Assembly: GCA_964187785.1 (NCBI GenBank)
Contig: OZ076409.1
Span: 65,040,001 to 65,104,000 of the forward strand
DNA length: 64,000 nucleotides
Reading direction: 5' to 3'
Source of the DNA: Amphiscolops sp. MND2022
Taxonomy: Eukaryota
Position numbers and translations under genes: made by a program. Below are positions 1 through 12,900 of this stretch, piece after piece. The notes below the pieces were generated by a model. That model searched no databases. It worked only from the letters and a program-made list of their open reading frames with translations, and was not told where the DNA came from. The stretch's first letter is position 1. Every line of letters begins with the position of its first letter.

Positions 1-1946
1 ACTTGCGTTATATTGTGAAAAAGTCGAAATGTGATTTTCTATGCACTGTTTATACATCTGGTGTTCTTTTCATTCTGATTTATAATCCACCATTATCTAG
101 CCGGTATCGGGTTTCGGCCTCAAATATACTACATCTTATTGATCTCTCGATCGATGATTACTCTATCAAAAACGACGAAAGAGTTGTGATACTGGGTGAT
201 TTCAACTTCCCCGACTTTCGACGTGAACTCACAAATATCGGTCCATCCCATGAATACAGTCATTTTTCTGAATTCCTATTTCAGCATGGTTACAATCAGT
301 TCATCGATAAACCCACTCATTCTCATGGAAAAATACTGGATCTGGTTTTCTCAAATTTTGACGTTAATGTTCGAGACGTTGACTCAGAAGCTAACTTATC
401 AGATCGTTTCCCCATCACCTTCTCATTTCTAAATGATGTAACAAAATGTTGAAAGAATCAGTTTAGACGATAAAAACAGCATCTCAAGCTGTCAATTCCC
501 CAAACTGTGCGAATCTATTGATTCTTCACTGTTTTCCTTCAGGCTCTCACAAGATCCTGTGACATATATTTCAAATTGGTTTGATTTTCACTCACTGTTA
601 TTTCAATCACTGCCGAAGAAACGACGCAAACGTTGTCATTTGCCAACATACTTCTCTTCTCATTCCGTCCATATTTATAATAAGCTGAAAAGTGCTAAAC
701 GAGCCAACCCTGTAAACAATGCCAAACTTAAACAGCTGAGCAGTGATCTTCATGATTCGATCGAGCTTGATAAAATGTTTCATCGAAGATTTTGTTGACA
801 CTCAAACATCGTCAACTTCTTGTTATAAATTGATCAATATCATCAAGAATGAAACACCTTTGCCTGATGTTATGGTGAACAGAAAGTTAACGACCTTGAA
901 AAAGCGACAGCCTTTAATAAATATTCCTCCTCATTCTATTCCGATTTCCCGGATATATTTACTGATTTCTCTGATGGAATTCATAACTCACTTGACTGTT
1001 CGTTATCTGACTGCGAAAAAGTTTTACGGCTTTCCAAACAAGGCTGCGGCCCAGATGGCATATCAGGTACTGTGTATGCCAATACAGCTATACCGCTTTC
1101 TGTCCATTTCCTTCAACTTGCTAAATGTGCAACTGAACCTGGTATATATCCTTCTGACTGGAAACACTCTTATGTGAAACCTCTATTCAAAACTGGAAAA
1201 CGTAGCTCCATTGAAAGCTACAGGCCATTTTCTTCTCTTGACAAACTATCAATGTGTTTTGAAAGACATCTTTTCCCCAAACTGTATGATATCATAAATC
1301 CCAAACTCTCAGACCACCAATTCGGATTTAGGAGAAAGAAATCTACAACACTGCTGTTAATAGCCTATTTAGAAACTGTTTACTCGTCAATAGACACCGG
1401 TCAAAATGTATACTCGCTTTACATCGATTTTTCAAAAGCTTTTGATAAAGTTCCCCACCACTTGTTACTGGAAAAACTTCAGAAAACATTTGGCATAGGT
1501 GGAACGCTCCTCAAGCTGATACATTCATACCTGCATAAACGCACGCAGCAAGTTATTTTGAACAATGTTTTATCACCAGTTTCTAATGTTACCAGCGGTA
1601 TCCCACAATGATCGATTTTAGGGCCTTTACTCTTTCTAGCTTTCATTGATGATATTGCAGACTTATCGGATTACAATATGCTTCTATATGCTGATGACAC
1701 GAAGATCTATTCAGATAGTTTAATCAAGCTTCAAAACGCGAGTATGTGCCTACACACTCGGTCAGCAGAAAATCATCTTCCCTTTAATGCTGATAAAACC
1801 CAACTCCTCTGTTTTTCAAATCGGAAGAAAACCTATTTTGATCCTGTACTTATCTTTGAGCATAAAGATGTTTGCTTCAGCCCTGATGCAGTAAAAGATC
1901 TTGGAGTATATTTTTCGTCAAACCTTACCTGGTCCGACCATATTGC

Positions 1947-4900
1947 GGGGGAACGGAATAAGACCTAAGGAATAAGACCTAAATCGAAAACGGGAATAAG
2001 ACCTAAAAATTTAGGTCTTATTCCTATTTTTTTAAAGAAGACATATTAGCAAAACAAGACCTAAAAAAGTGGGAATTACACCTAAAAACGACAAACAAGA
2101 CCTAAAAAAGTGGAAATTAGACCTAAAAACGGGAATAAGACCTAAATGCGAAATGAGACCCATGGGGAGAACAGAATCCTATATATAATGAAGATACTTT
2201 TCTTTGTCTCGGCAGCTTTGTTACGTAATAGCCGAGAGCCGATCAACATTATCAGAGCATATTACGTAACAATTTGTATGCCAACTGAAAGATATTTTTG
2301 AAAAATGGTATGCCAATCAAATTCGATCTTTTTGAAAACAGACTTTGAGAAAAAAGATCAAATGACTTTGAAATGAAGAATTGATTGTCATGGCTGCTAA
2401 TATCAAATCTAAAGAAATACCAGTGAAATCGTCAATAAAGGACCTTCGGAAGACCTTCGAGATCAAAGATCATTCAAGGACCTTCGGAAGATCTTCGATA
2501 TCGAAGACCATTCAAGGTCCTGCGAAAGATCTTGGAGATCAAGTTTCATTCAAAGAACTTCCGACGTTCTTCATGATCGAAGATCATTCATGGATCGTGG
2601 GAAAATTTCTGAGGTCAAAGATAATTTAAAGATTTTCGAAAATTCTTCAAGGTCAAATATCGTTCGAGGAGCTTTAGATAATCGATATCGAAGATCATTC
2701 AAGGCCCTTCTGAAGATCTTTGATATCAAAAAACATTCAAGAATCTTCGGAAGATCTTCGAGATCGAAGGTCATTCAAGGAACTCCCGACGTTCTTCATG
2801 ATCGAAGATCATTCAAGGATCTTGGGAAGATTTTTGATGTCAAAGATAATTTAAAGATTTTCGAAAATTCTTCAAGATCAAATATTTTTGAGGATTTTTA
2901 GATAATGGAGATCGAAGATCATTCAAGGACCTTCTGAGGATCTTTGATATCAAAAAACATTCAAGAATCTTCGGAAGATCTTCGAGATCGAAGGTCATTG
3001 AAGGAACTCCCGACGTTCTTCATGATCGAAGATCGTTCAAGGATCTTGGGAAGATTTTTGAGATCAAGGATAATTTAAAGACTTTCGAAAATTCTTCAAG
3101 GTCAAATATCATTCGAGGAGCTTTAGATAATCGATATCGAAGATCATTCAAGGACCTTCTGAAGATCTTTGATATCAAAAAACATTCAAGAATCTTCGGA
3201 AGATCTTCGAGATCGAAGGTCATCCAAGGAACTCCCGACGTTCTTCATGATCGAAGATCATTCAAGAATCTTGGGAGGATTTTTGAGGTCAAAGATAATT
3301 TAAAGGGTTTCGAAAACTCTTCGAGATCAAATATCTTTCGAGGATTTTGAGATAATTGAGATCAAAGATCGTTCAAGGACCTTCTGAAGATCTTTGATAT
3401 CAAAGAATATTCAAGGATCTTCGGAAGATCTTCCAGATCAAATTTCATTCAAAGATCTTTGATATCAAAAAAGACTCAGGGATCTTCGGAAGATCTACGA
3501 GATCGAAGGTCAATTAGGAATCTTCGGGAAATAGCGAGATTAAATTTCATTCAAAGATCGTCGGAAGATCTTCGAGATCAAAGGTCATTCAAGGAACTCC
3601 CGGCGTTCTTCATGATCGAAGATCATTCAAGGATCTTGAAGATTTTTGAGGTCAAAGATATATTAAAGATTTTCTAATAATCTTCAACATCAAATATCGT
3701 TCGAGGATATTTAGATAATCGAGATCGAAGATCATTCAAGGACCTTCTGAAGATCTTTGATATCAAAGAATATTCAAGGATCTTCAGAAGATCTTCGAGA
3801 TCAAATTTCATTCAAAGATAACCGGAAGATCTTCGCGATCAAAAGTCATTCAAGGAACTCCCTACGTCCTTCATGATCGAAGATCATTCAAGGACCTTGG
3901 GAAGTTTTTTGAGGTAGAAGATAGTTCAAAGATTTTCGAAATCTCTTCGAGATCAAAAATCGTTCGAGGATCTTCAGATAAACGAGATCGAAGATCATTC
4001 AAAGACCTTCTGAAGATCTTTGAGCTCAAAGGTCATTCAAGGACCTTCTGAAGGTCTTTGATATTTAAAAACGTTCGAGAATCTTCGGAAAATCTTTGAG
4101 AGAAAATAATCTTCAAGGATCTTTGGAATGGAAGATCAATCAACGACCATCGGAAGATCTTCCGTGTCTTAGATCTTTCAAGGATCTTCGGAATATCTTC
4201 GAGATCAAATATCAATCAAGAACCTTCGGAAGATCTTCGAGATCAAAGATCATTCAAGAATCTTCGGAAGATCTTCCATATCACAGATCAGTCAAGAATC
4301 TGCGGAAGATCTTCGATATCAAAGGTCTTTCACGGACATCCCGAAGTTCTTCATGATTTAAGATCATTCAAGATATTCGGAAGATTTTTGAAGTCAAAGA
4401 TCTTTCAAATATTTTCGGAAGATCTTCGAGATCAAACATCATTCGAGGAGCTCTATATAATAGAGATTGAAGATCTCTCAAGGACCTTCTCAAGATCTTC
4501 GAGATCAAGTATTATTCGAGGATCTTCGAGATTAAAGATCAATCAAGGTACATCGGAAGGTCTTCGAAATCAAAGAATATTCAAGGATCTTCGGAATGTC
4601 TTCGAAATGGATGATCCTCCAAAGGTCTTCGGAACATCTTCGAGATCAAAGGTCACTCGAGGATGTTGGGAAGTTCTTCGAGATCAAAGGTCTTCAGGGA
4701 TCCTCGAAAGATCTTTGCCAACAAAGATCATTCGAGGATATTCGGAAGAGCTTCGAGTTCAAAAATCGTCCAAAGGACCTTCGGAAGATCTTCGAGATGA
4801 AAGCCCATTCAAGGATCTTTGCAAGATCGTCGGAATCAAAGATTATTCAAGGGTCTTCGGAAGTTCTTCGTTATCGAAGGGCATTGAAAGATCTTTGGAA

Positions 4901-5800
4901 TATCATCTTAGGATTTTTTGTATCAGTTAACCACAAAACACAAGATGGTACTTCAGAAGAGCAATTTTGCTGTCCTTCGGACTAGGGGTTCGCTAGTAGT
5001 CTTTAAAGGATGAATATCTGAAGTAAAGGATGAATATCTGAAGTCTTTTAAAGTATGAAACGTGCCTCTGATATTTCCCCATTTCCTCTAGTGCCCCGCG
5101 GCCCCTTGGGGCCGCTTATGTTCCCAGCTTGCTAAGCGAGGTCGAACAGGTGCAAAGACCTAGCGGAAACGGAGATCGCGAAGCGATCGTAGTGGGAGCT
5201 GGTCTTTGCGACGGTGAGGGCGAGCGTGCATACACCAGATATGCCCCCACATTAGAAGCAGAAGGTACTGAAAATTTTGTGAGACATTTACGAAAGGTGA
5301 TATTTTTTTCTTGAATAAAATGATTTGAGATCTGACTATTTTATAAAATCAATGGGAGGAAAGAAATGATGAAAAATATTTGTTATTCAATGATTTTTTT
5401 GTGTTGATTGCCTCAATTTCATCTGCTGGAGGTTTTTTCTTTCACGTTTTGCAATATTTTTCGATGCCTAATGGTTATCTGTGATGATTGCCTCAATCCC
5501 CAGATTCTGGAATAGATTTTCGCCTTAAATGTTTTTTTTTTAAAAAAATAATTTTTCTAGGTCTTATTCCCTATTTTAGGCCTTATTCCCTGTTTTAGGC
5601 CTTATTCCCTAATTCAGGCCTTATTCCCGTTCCTATTTTAGGTCTTATTCCCGTTTTTTAGGTCTTTTTCCGCATTTTAGGTCTTATTCCTGTTTTTTTA
5701 GGTCTTATTCCACTACTTTTGAGTTTTAGGTCTTATTCCTTTAGGTCTTATTCCTTTTGACTTTTTAGGTCTTATTCCTTAGGTCTTATTCCCGGTCCCC
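1947..5800. mobile_element. Non-autonomous foldback/Mutator-like DNA transposon inserted in the LINE
   Basis: Long TIRs built from tandem GGAATAAGACCTA units (about 1947-2160) and their reverse complement TAGGTCTTATTCC (about 5557-5800). TSD CATATTGC at 1939-1946 and 5801-5808 (9 bp CCATATTGC if the end is 5799). Removing the element restores the LINE frame. Superfamily assignment is an inference. Confidence 0.88.
2440..4900. repeat. Tandem satellite, about 38-bp monomer (GGACCTTCGGAAGATCTTCGAGATCAAAGATCATTCAA) with about 225-bp higher-order period
   Basis: The monomer recurs throughout. The variant CCGACGTTCTTCATGATCG starts at 2561, 2786, 3010 and 3235 (spacing 224-225). Confidence 0.9.
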
Positions 5801-6543
5801 CATATTGCAAATCGTATTAAAATAGCCTTTGACCAATACATAGCGATCAGACGATGTATTCCGAAATGTGTTCCTGCTTTCACTAAACTTAAATTGTACA
5901 AACTCTATATTTTACCTATTATTGTGTATGCTTCTCAAGTTTGGTATGCTAACCTTACCACTATTGAAAAATTAGAAACCTTTCAAAATCGAATTCTTAA
6001 ATGGGCATTTCCTACAACAAGTTCAAACTATAAAGACAGACTAATCAAAGGAAATCTTCCCATTTCTTTATACTTACAATATCTTGATGTCGTTCTACTT
6101 AATAAACTATTCAAAGAAAATTTCGATTTGGGGTGTTATGTTTATGTGAAGGAAGCTGCGGAGAACTCAAGAACAAAATGTATCCAACTACAACGCCCTG
6201 TCAGCAACATGAAAAAGACAGATCAGTCATTCTTCTCCAGAGTTTGTCGGGTTGTAAACTTCATCAGAAAACTTATAGTATCGATATACGAAATACAGAC
6301 AGGAAAACTCTACAATATTTTCTTCAGTTTCTTTGAAACTGAATATTACCGCTATTCATGCAAACGATTCATAAAATGCTCATGTTGTTTTGTTTCATAA
6401 GATTATGTTTGTGATACTTTGAAGAAAGTAATTTAAGTCTTTTAATAGTAGTAGTAGTTGTAGGCGAAAATCGTTATATACTAGTTATATACTCATTGTA
6501 TTTCTATTGTGACTGTATCGTTTGATGTCTTTTTTATATTTTT

Positions 6544-6606
6544 AGACAAACATGACTGATGATGATCTGTTCAAAGATCGAAAATCTTCTCAAAATTGCA
6601 TTGTCT
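6544..6606 (+). ncRNA. Type I minimal hammerhead ribozyme-like motif (Penelope pLTR type)
   Basis: CTGATGA (6556-6562), T, stem II GATCT/AGATC, GAAA (6580-6583), 2-bp stem III, TTC site (6587-6589). Stem I is TGA/TCA plus AGACAA/TTGTCT. Lies in a 135-bp insert flanked by a GTTATATACTAG direct repeat. Confidence 0.55.
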
Positions 6607-6631
6607 TTTCTATTTCTCAGTTATATACTAG

Positions 6632-6712
6632 CATCGTGGCCGGGACCGTAAAACTATCGCTATAACCGGAATATTGTTATAAACGTAATCGTTATAAACG
6701 GAGTTGAGTGTA
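6632..6712. mobile_element. Right end of a Tc1/mariner/pogo-like MITE
   Basis: Repeated (C)GTTATAA(A)CG subterminal motifs ending ...GGAGTTGAGTG|TA. No left end found. Confidence 0.4.
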
Positions 6713-6945
6713 TTCCGAAATTTTTAGCCCAGCTTTATAGAATGTTGATATCAAATGTTTCCGTTAACTGGTGTCAAACAATGTATTTTTGACTCGGTGC
6801 TCACTGTATCGGTGCCGGCGGCTATAAACGCTCTCGTCTTGTTTGTTGATTAATTTGTCTTGTTTTTAGTCACGCCCGTTGGTAACAATATTTCAAGTAT
6901 TTCACCACTATTTCCTATAAGTCCTTTTTCAGATATTCCACGAAA

Positions 6946-9900
6946 ATGTCTTATATGATACCCCATCTGCATAATGGCTGGCAAGTTGATCAAGCCATTC
7001 TAGCTGAAGAAGATCGTGTAGTTGTGATTCGATTTGGTCATGATTGGGATCCTGTGTGCATGAAAATGGACGAAACTCTTCATAAGATTGTTGAGAAGGT
7101 CAAAGTGTTTGCTTGCATTTACGTCGTTGATATTACAGAGGTCAGTTGAACTTTAGTCACCCAGAGCTAAGAAAGTGAATTTAACGTTCATATTGAATAA
7201 CCCAAAGAATACATATTATTCTTAACATAAATAACTAAAAGCTAGATGTGCAGCTTGGTAATTTTTAGGCTTCCATTCAGTTCAATGACATTTAATTTTT
7301 CTGCCGTGTAATCTTTCTTGCCTAATGATGTTTGATTTTAGCCGTCGCGTTATGAAATAAACTCGATTATTATCGCATTTTTTTTCAATCCGGTCAAAGT
7401 GATCATTCTCATGCTGAATGCCAAATGTAAAAAATTTCTTAAACAGTTCGGAAGGCCCGGTCCTCCTTTTCAAATTTTGACTAAGAGTTTTTTTCGGCGC
7501 AGTGCGAATTTTTTTCAGATCACAAAAGGGTTTTCGTTTTGGTTCTTTGATGTTTCTGAAGTTAAAAAGGCTTTGGTTTTTTTGTATTTCTGGTAATAGA
7601 AAACAAAAAAGCACTTTTAAGCCCTAATGGTCCCCCTTTAGGTTTTTCGGTACTGTGAAATTAAGAATTTATGCAAAACTGAATCTTTGACGCTTTGAAA
7701 TACTTTTGCTCTTTTTGAGCCTTGAGTGGGGCGCCGAAATATGCCGGTCTCGGCTTGTTTTCTCTAAAGGAGACGATACAGACTGCAAAACTACTACTAC
7801 ATCATTCACAATCTTCAGAGTATGACCCATTCAGGCCTCTATATGTCTAAGTGACGTTAATTGGTTCAACTCAAAGAAGGATGTTTTTTAGTATGTTGAT
7901 TTTTTAATATGTTGATGGAAAATATAGTTTCACTGATTTCTGCATCTCGTTAATGGTTGGTTACTCTTGAAAGCCTGGCTCCCTTTTCTCGGAAGCTACA
8001 TTGTTGACTCGTTCGCTTTTTTATCCAAGATTTGTGATCGCTTTCCAATTTCTCAAGTCTTCTATGGATCGTCCTCATTTGAATAGTCTAGTACTTTGAC
8101 TCTAGGCCGAAAGACGACATTCGATTCTATACACTCCTCCATAATCCGATTAATGGACATGACTAAATTGTAAATGAACTTTCAAGACATGTACGCAAGG
8201 CTGCAATTAGTTTTAGTTTAATTGAATTAGTCATTGGCCCCTGAACGTTTCAGTGAACATGCCTATATGACTCATGTCAAATTAAAGTACATCTATTCTC
8301 TTTTGGTCAGTAAGGTGTAATGAATGTCTATCATTGTATGTATGTATGTATACCTTGTACATATAAATGTATCAATGGAAACGTATCCAAATACCATTTC
8401 ACGTCATGATTATGCTCCTACTCAATTCAATTGCTATAATCTTTTTTGTTTGCCTCCAGAATGATGCTGAGTCTTTTTTCCGATCTCACTCATGCATTAA
8501 TTTGAACAGTTCTTTCGTGTTACCTGGCGCTCCAAAATGGTATTGTGCAGAAAATCTTACTCCATTCTAGCATCCAATCTTTTTTGCATTAGCCATTGGC
8601 TTGATTTTCTCCTCATTCGTCACCGGCTGATGGAACCTGGTGTGTTTTCATCAGCCCATTGAACTGCAAAATGATGTGTTGGATGCAAATTGTGGGTTAT
8701 GTTGGCACCTTTTCATTTGCACGTGCATCTTAACAGGGTTAAGCCATCATCATCAGTGTTCCGCCACTGCTGCCACTTTTATTTCCGAAGTGTGTTTATT
8801 ATTAGAAAATGATGCCTACCTCCTCCTGCACCGTTGCTACGTTCATAGCTGCAAAAGAAAGTGGAATTTTTCATCGTATCGAGAAAGCCTCTGGCTGAGT
8901 TGTATATCTATACTTGGTGCTATGTGAATTGCGCTGTTTTTGCCTGGGAAAATTAACTTTCGTATGGATGACGTAAATTTGAATTGTTCTTAAGTAATGA
9001 TATGCTAGGATGAAGTTATGTTTGCTCTTTGATTTTAGCAAAATTTTTAAATGAGACTGATATACACGCACAGGAAACGCAGTTCGGATTACGTCTCCAG
9101 TAAACTTCTTCGTAATTATTATCGAGGAAAAATTCAAAGGAAGTATTAGATATAGCAGTTTTCATTTTTTTTCAATACCTGGATTTCAACTGATTTTTTC
9201 TGAGATAATTATGCTTGGAACCATTTGAGTGGAGCAAATTTTTGCGTCTTGAAAGGCTCCACTCAAATGATTCTAGACCTATTTATCGATCAGAAAAACT
9301 TTGGTTCAAAGCCAAGAACTTTGTATTTATTTTCGTTCACCTTCAGTGCTGCTATGTCTTCGATCTCACTCATGCATTGAGCAGTTTTTGTGCTATCTGT
9401 TGCTCTAAAGTGGTATTGTGCAGACAACGTAGTCAAAAATTATGGTCCCTAAGTTGCCGTGAATGTAAAAATGTCAAATTTTGACTATTTTCAAAACAAT
9501 TTTGCTAATTTTTCAATCAGTTTCTTCGGTAGTGGCCCTAATTGGAAAATAACTGCCTTCAGAGGGGTTGATTTCTGAATTTTAATTTAAGTTTCGAGAT
9601 TTTCGTGAAACACTTGATCGAAAGTTGCAACTAAGTCATCTGTCATTTTTCTCAACTGTTCCACTCAATTCTCACAGTGTTTCATTCAAGTCGACCAGTT
9701 TTGAGAACATTTTCATGTTTTGAAAAAAGTTTCATTTTTGAGTTATTTATGTCTGATTCGCTTCACAATCGTTTTCTCTGATTTTCCACTCAAAGCCTCT
9801 TACTGGTCTACTTGGGAAGCCAATTAACTAAACATTTATTTAGGCGATTTCCTGATTGTGTTGCACTTTCGAGAATTACTTATTCGAAAGTAACAACTTC

Positions 9901-12900
9901 ATTTTCGACCCGAAATAAATACCCCAGTTGAATAAGCATTGAAATATGGTCGTTTTGTATCTTCGTATTGCAATGCGATCAAGTAAGTAAATTTGAGTAG
10001 TCGTATCTTTGAGTAATTTGAGAAACTTTGTTTATTGTTCCCCAGTGTGCCCGTAAGGTGCATTAAAAGAGATTATTTTAACAAATGAGTTTCAGGGTAA
10101 TGCGATACATGTTAAATTAGAAAATGAATTACTACCCTATTAATGTAGTCAGCTTACAACAGGTGTACAGTACGTGTACTAATAATATGCGATATGCATG
10201 TAGATCGTTTCATTGATATTTCTTTTGGGTTCATGGGTCCTAGGATAACCATAGCCTCAGAAGGAGTGTTCTAAGAGGGAACGTTTATTTAGGCCCGAAA
10301 AACTGAGGACCGATAATGAAATTTTATCTGAGGTCCGAAAAAAGCTGTCCTAGAAATTCCAACAATTTCCAACTGTCCAACAAATTCCAAAAAAATAAAC
10401 TAAACAAACAACAGAAGGCTGAATTGGCTTAAATATTAAAGCACATTTGTGTTTACCGATCAAACAAATTCATGGGGCCTCACTTTCAATACTTTCTGGC
10501 CTCAACTAACACTAGCTTTGGGCCTCGCCCTTCTAAGAAATGCATACGAGTCCCAGTGATTCGACCACCCAATAACTTTCTATGATAATTCGCTGCCTGC
10601 CTCAAAGCATTCGTATGCATAATACAAAACTGAGTGAGATTCTTGAATTATGCATTGAATTTTTTGTAAAAGTTAAAGTTATCAAATTGCTGAAATTCTT
10701 ATTGGATGGTTAAATACAAACGTTAATGTTTCAGTGTGAAACATTCATTACTTTTATCTGGATTAAGATCAGGCGTTGGGAATAAATAATTTAATAAATA
10801 ATTCACAATAAATAAAATTGAATAATTTATTTTCTCTTGACAAAAATACAAAGAATTAATTCTATCTTAACAATCATTACGTACATTGACGCTATTATGA
10901 CGTTCACGCTGGCATGGCAGTTAATCACGGCGTGTAAATTCGTGTAATCCCGTGAATTTTATTAAATCAAATTGCGCCGTGAAATATCTTGATGCAAAAA
11001 CATTGAAAAATCTACAATATCTGTAGGTTAATTCCTCCTAATTGAATTGAAGTAGTTAAAATTCTGTGTTTTTGGTGAAAAAATTGCGAAATCGTTGAAT
11101 TGAAATACTTGAAAAACCGTGTTTTTTTTTTCGTGTTTTAGTGTGAAAAATCGTGAATTTGGCGTGATTTTCGTCATCTTAGCGTGACATTTTCAGCGTT
11201 ACTTATGCGAAAAATTTCCGTGATTAGCTGCCATGCCTGCGTTCATGTATTGTAACGTTAGTTTAGGCGCCAAAACCAAATAGACGGTCAATTTTGTTCA
11301 GTGGAATGAACTACGTTTTCAATGATTACAGGAACTAAACTGAACCTGTTCATCTTGGAAGTCATGTTTTTGTCAGAAAACTCGATGTTTTGGACATTAA
11401 TTTGGTAAATTCCATTGTTGCTAATGGACCTGCTGATAATTAAATCTTGACAAAATAATTTTTGGCACTAGATATTCCAGAAAAAAGTAAGTCAATTTAT
11501 TTTTATCATTTAGAATACAAAATTATTTATTATATGATAAAAATAATATTCAAATACAATATTCCCCACCCCTGATTAAGATGCTCAAAAGGTTATCAGT
11601 TCTGAAGCCTGGCAGGTTTCACCTCAATGATGAATTTTTTGGCGAGCAGAAACGTGTCGATGTATAATTCATCTATTGAGATTACTGTTCAAGGTCAGAC
11701 TTCATCATTTGAGGGCTTAACAGAGGTTAAGCCCTCAAATGATAAAGTCTGGCCTTGAGCAGTAATCTCAATCGATGAATTATACATCGACACGTTTAGA
11801 TAAAATTATACATCGACACGAGCTTAGATCAATGCAAATATGTTTTTTTGCAATTCATGACTTTGACTTTCCGATATTGAATCTGTCAGTCAGAGTTCAG
11901 TTTTTTATTTGTCGATTATTTCGGCAAAAATTTTAATATTCCTGCTTAAGAATGTTACTGTGACCGAGCCAGTCCGACTTTTTTGTTGTAAGAATATTGT
12001 TCAATAAGTTACCGTTTGTTCTCTTAGCAATAGACGAGCTGAAATTTTTGGCAATAGACAATAGTGTGTTGACTTGAGTAATTAATGGTTCCTTGAGAGC
12101 ATTTGAAGGCCTTACTCTAGCTTTATCTTTTGCTCAGATGTGAAGAAAGTGAAACTTTTTTACTTGAGTTTTTGCAAAAATCAGTAGATGAGATATTCAA
12201 AAATCCATCTAAAATTTGAAGGTTTACGTCTACTAACTTTTTCCTAATTGTAGAAGTGATATACTTTTTGATTTTTTGAAAAATTTTGCAATTGTAGGAA
12301 TATAATTGCGACTCGATCTTTATGGAGTGCCCCATAGTGCTATTATGTACCATGGGTCAATCTGAATACGACCCTAGCATTTAGTCACAAACTCTTCCTG
12401 TTAGAAAATTGATCTAGCAAGACACGTTATTAGATTGATTCCCTGCGGTATTTTGTTTAATTTTGAAGCAACACTATTTTCTACTTGTACCATGGTAATT
12501 GATACCAAAGGAACTAGGTTACACCCCTTCAATGCTGTGAGACCTACCATCTACTTAAGTCTCAAGGCCGCCGGCTGGTTTTTGCATGTTGACTGTAGTG
12601 TTCTTTTTTAAGCCTTAAGGCATTTTTGGTGCATTTTTAATCCTTTTTTCCTCGAGAAACCGTTTTTGGATCTCCAGTTACCTCATCTTTTCTTTTAGGT
12701 TCCTGACTTCAACAAAATGTACGAGCTCTATGATCCATGCACTGTCATGTTCTTCTACAGAAACAAACACATAATGATTGACTTGGGAACGGGTAACAAC
12801 AACAAAATAAACTGGGCCATTGAGAACAAGCAAGAATTCATCGACATCATAGAAACTGTGTACAGAGGTGCGCGCAAAGGCCGCGGTCTTGTCATATCCC

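Larger units (their letters stand above)
1..6463 (+). mobile_element. Decayed non-LTR retrotransposon (LINE; APE endonuclease + RT, CR1/L2/Jockey-like group), interrupted at 1947-5800
   Basis: APE motifs VVILGDFNFPD and ILDLVFSN (3-452). RT motifs YRPFSSL, QFGFR, YIDFSKAFDKVPH, GIPQ*SILGP, YADD, KDLGV (1072-1946). The frame resumes after the insertion (WSDHIA|NRIKIAF...KLYKLYILPII, to 6400). (TAG)n tail at 6446-6463. Multiple stops and frameshifts. Confidence 0.93.

Noticed and set aside
2440..4900. CRISPR-like periodicity (also 30000-30125)
   Set aside because: Contiguous degenerate tandem units with no unique spacers, no cas genes, and a eukaryotic context.
2381..4985. Multiple ORFs with repetitive peptides (KDHSRIFGRSSRSK)
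   Set aside because: These are translations of the 38-bp satellite in several frames and on both strands, with no protein homology.
7133..12700. Introner signature in the TXNL4A intron (CAG right after ACAGAGGT) and in the other GT-AG introns
   Set aside because: No matching inverted terminus or convincing TSD at the acceptor end. These introns have ordinary pyrimidine tracts.
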